Assembly: GCA_951406725.2 (NCBI GenBank) | Contig: OX597816.1 | Coordinates: 129,146,001 to 129,210,000 of the forward strand | DNA length: 64,000 nucleotides | Source of the DNA: Octopus vulgaris | Lineage: Eukaryota | Direction: 5' to 3' | Part shown: positions 63,471 through 64,000 of the stretch, piece after piece | Numbering within the stretch: position 1 is the stretch's first letter | How the letters are laid out: every line of letters starts with the position of its first letter | Translations under genes and position numbers: made by a program | Notes under the pieces: model-generated | Seen by the model: the letters and a program-made list of their open reading frames with translations, nothing else | Database searches by the model: none | What the model was told of the DNA's origin: nothing

Positions 63471-64000
63471 TTAACATCCACTTTCCATGCTGGCATGAGT
63501 TGGACAGTTTGACTGAGGACTGGCAAGCCAGGAGGCTGCACCAAGCTGCAATCTGATTTGGCAAGGTTTCTACAGCTGGATGCCATTCCTAACACCAACC
63601 ACTCTGAGAGTGTAGTGGGTGCTTTTTAAGTGCCACTGGCACAGGGGCTATTCTAGTGGTACTGGTACTGACCATGCTTGAATGGTGCCTTTTACGTCCC
63701 ACTGGCAGGGTAGTCAGTCAAGCAGCACTGGCAACGACCACACTTAAATGGTGTTCTTTACATGCCACTGGCATGGGTGCCAGTCAGATGGTACTGGCAT
63801 CAACTATGACAATGATTTCAATTAAATTGAACAGGTCTTCTCAAGCATAGTCAGGCAGCACTGGCAATGACAATGCTCAAATGGTGCTTTTTATTTGCCA
63901 CTGGTACAAGAGCCAGTCAGGCGGCACTGACAATGATCACATTCAAATGATGCTTTTTACATGCCACTGGCATGGGAGCCAGTCAGGTAGCACTGGCAAC
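63438..64000 (-). mobile_element. RTE LINE 3' UTR copy with an expanded subrepeat array, running off the window
   Basis: (ATC)n tail, ctacagctggatgcc, and repeated tgccactggca..agtcagg..cactggcaa units. Confidence 0.88.

Overview
AT-rich, CpG-depleted eukaryotic DNA packed with microsatellites and transposon relics. The tRNA-derived SINE families and the RTE LINE with a (GAT)n tail point to an octopod cephalopod genome (inference from family recognition; no search was run). I found no convincing host protein-coding exon, and almost all listed ORFs are microsatellite or transposon translations, so this is probably a large intron or intergenic DNA. Recognisable elements: three SINE types, several RTE LINE relics (one with three C2H2 fingers), an R4/Dong LINE in (TAA)n, a CR1 3' end, two clades of Penelope-like elements (PLEs), Tc1, mariner, maT (DD37D) and Tigger relics, a mariner MITE, a hAT MITE with an 8-bp TSD, a non-autonomous Helitron and minisatellites. 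The main signal the ORF track misses is a set of sequence-unrelated minimal type-I hammerhead ribozyme (HHR) motifs at about 10.6, 12.0, 44.0, 50.4/50.9, 57.5 and 62.3 kb, some as mirror pairs inside long fold-back palindromes. Boundaries were read by eye and are approximate unless a TSD or TIR is quoted.
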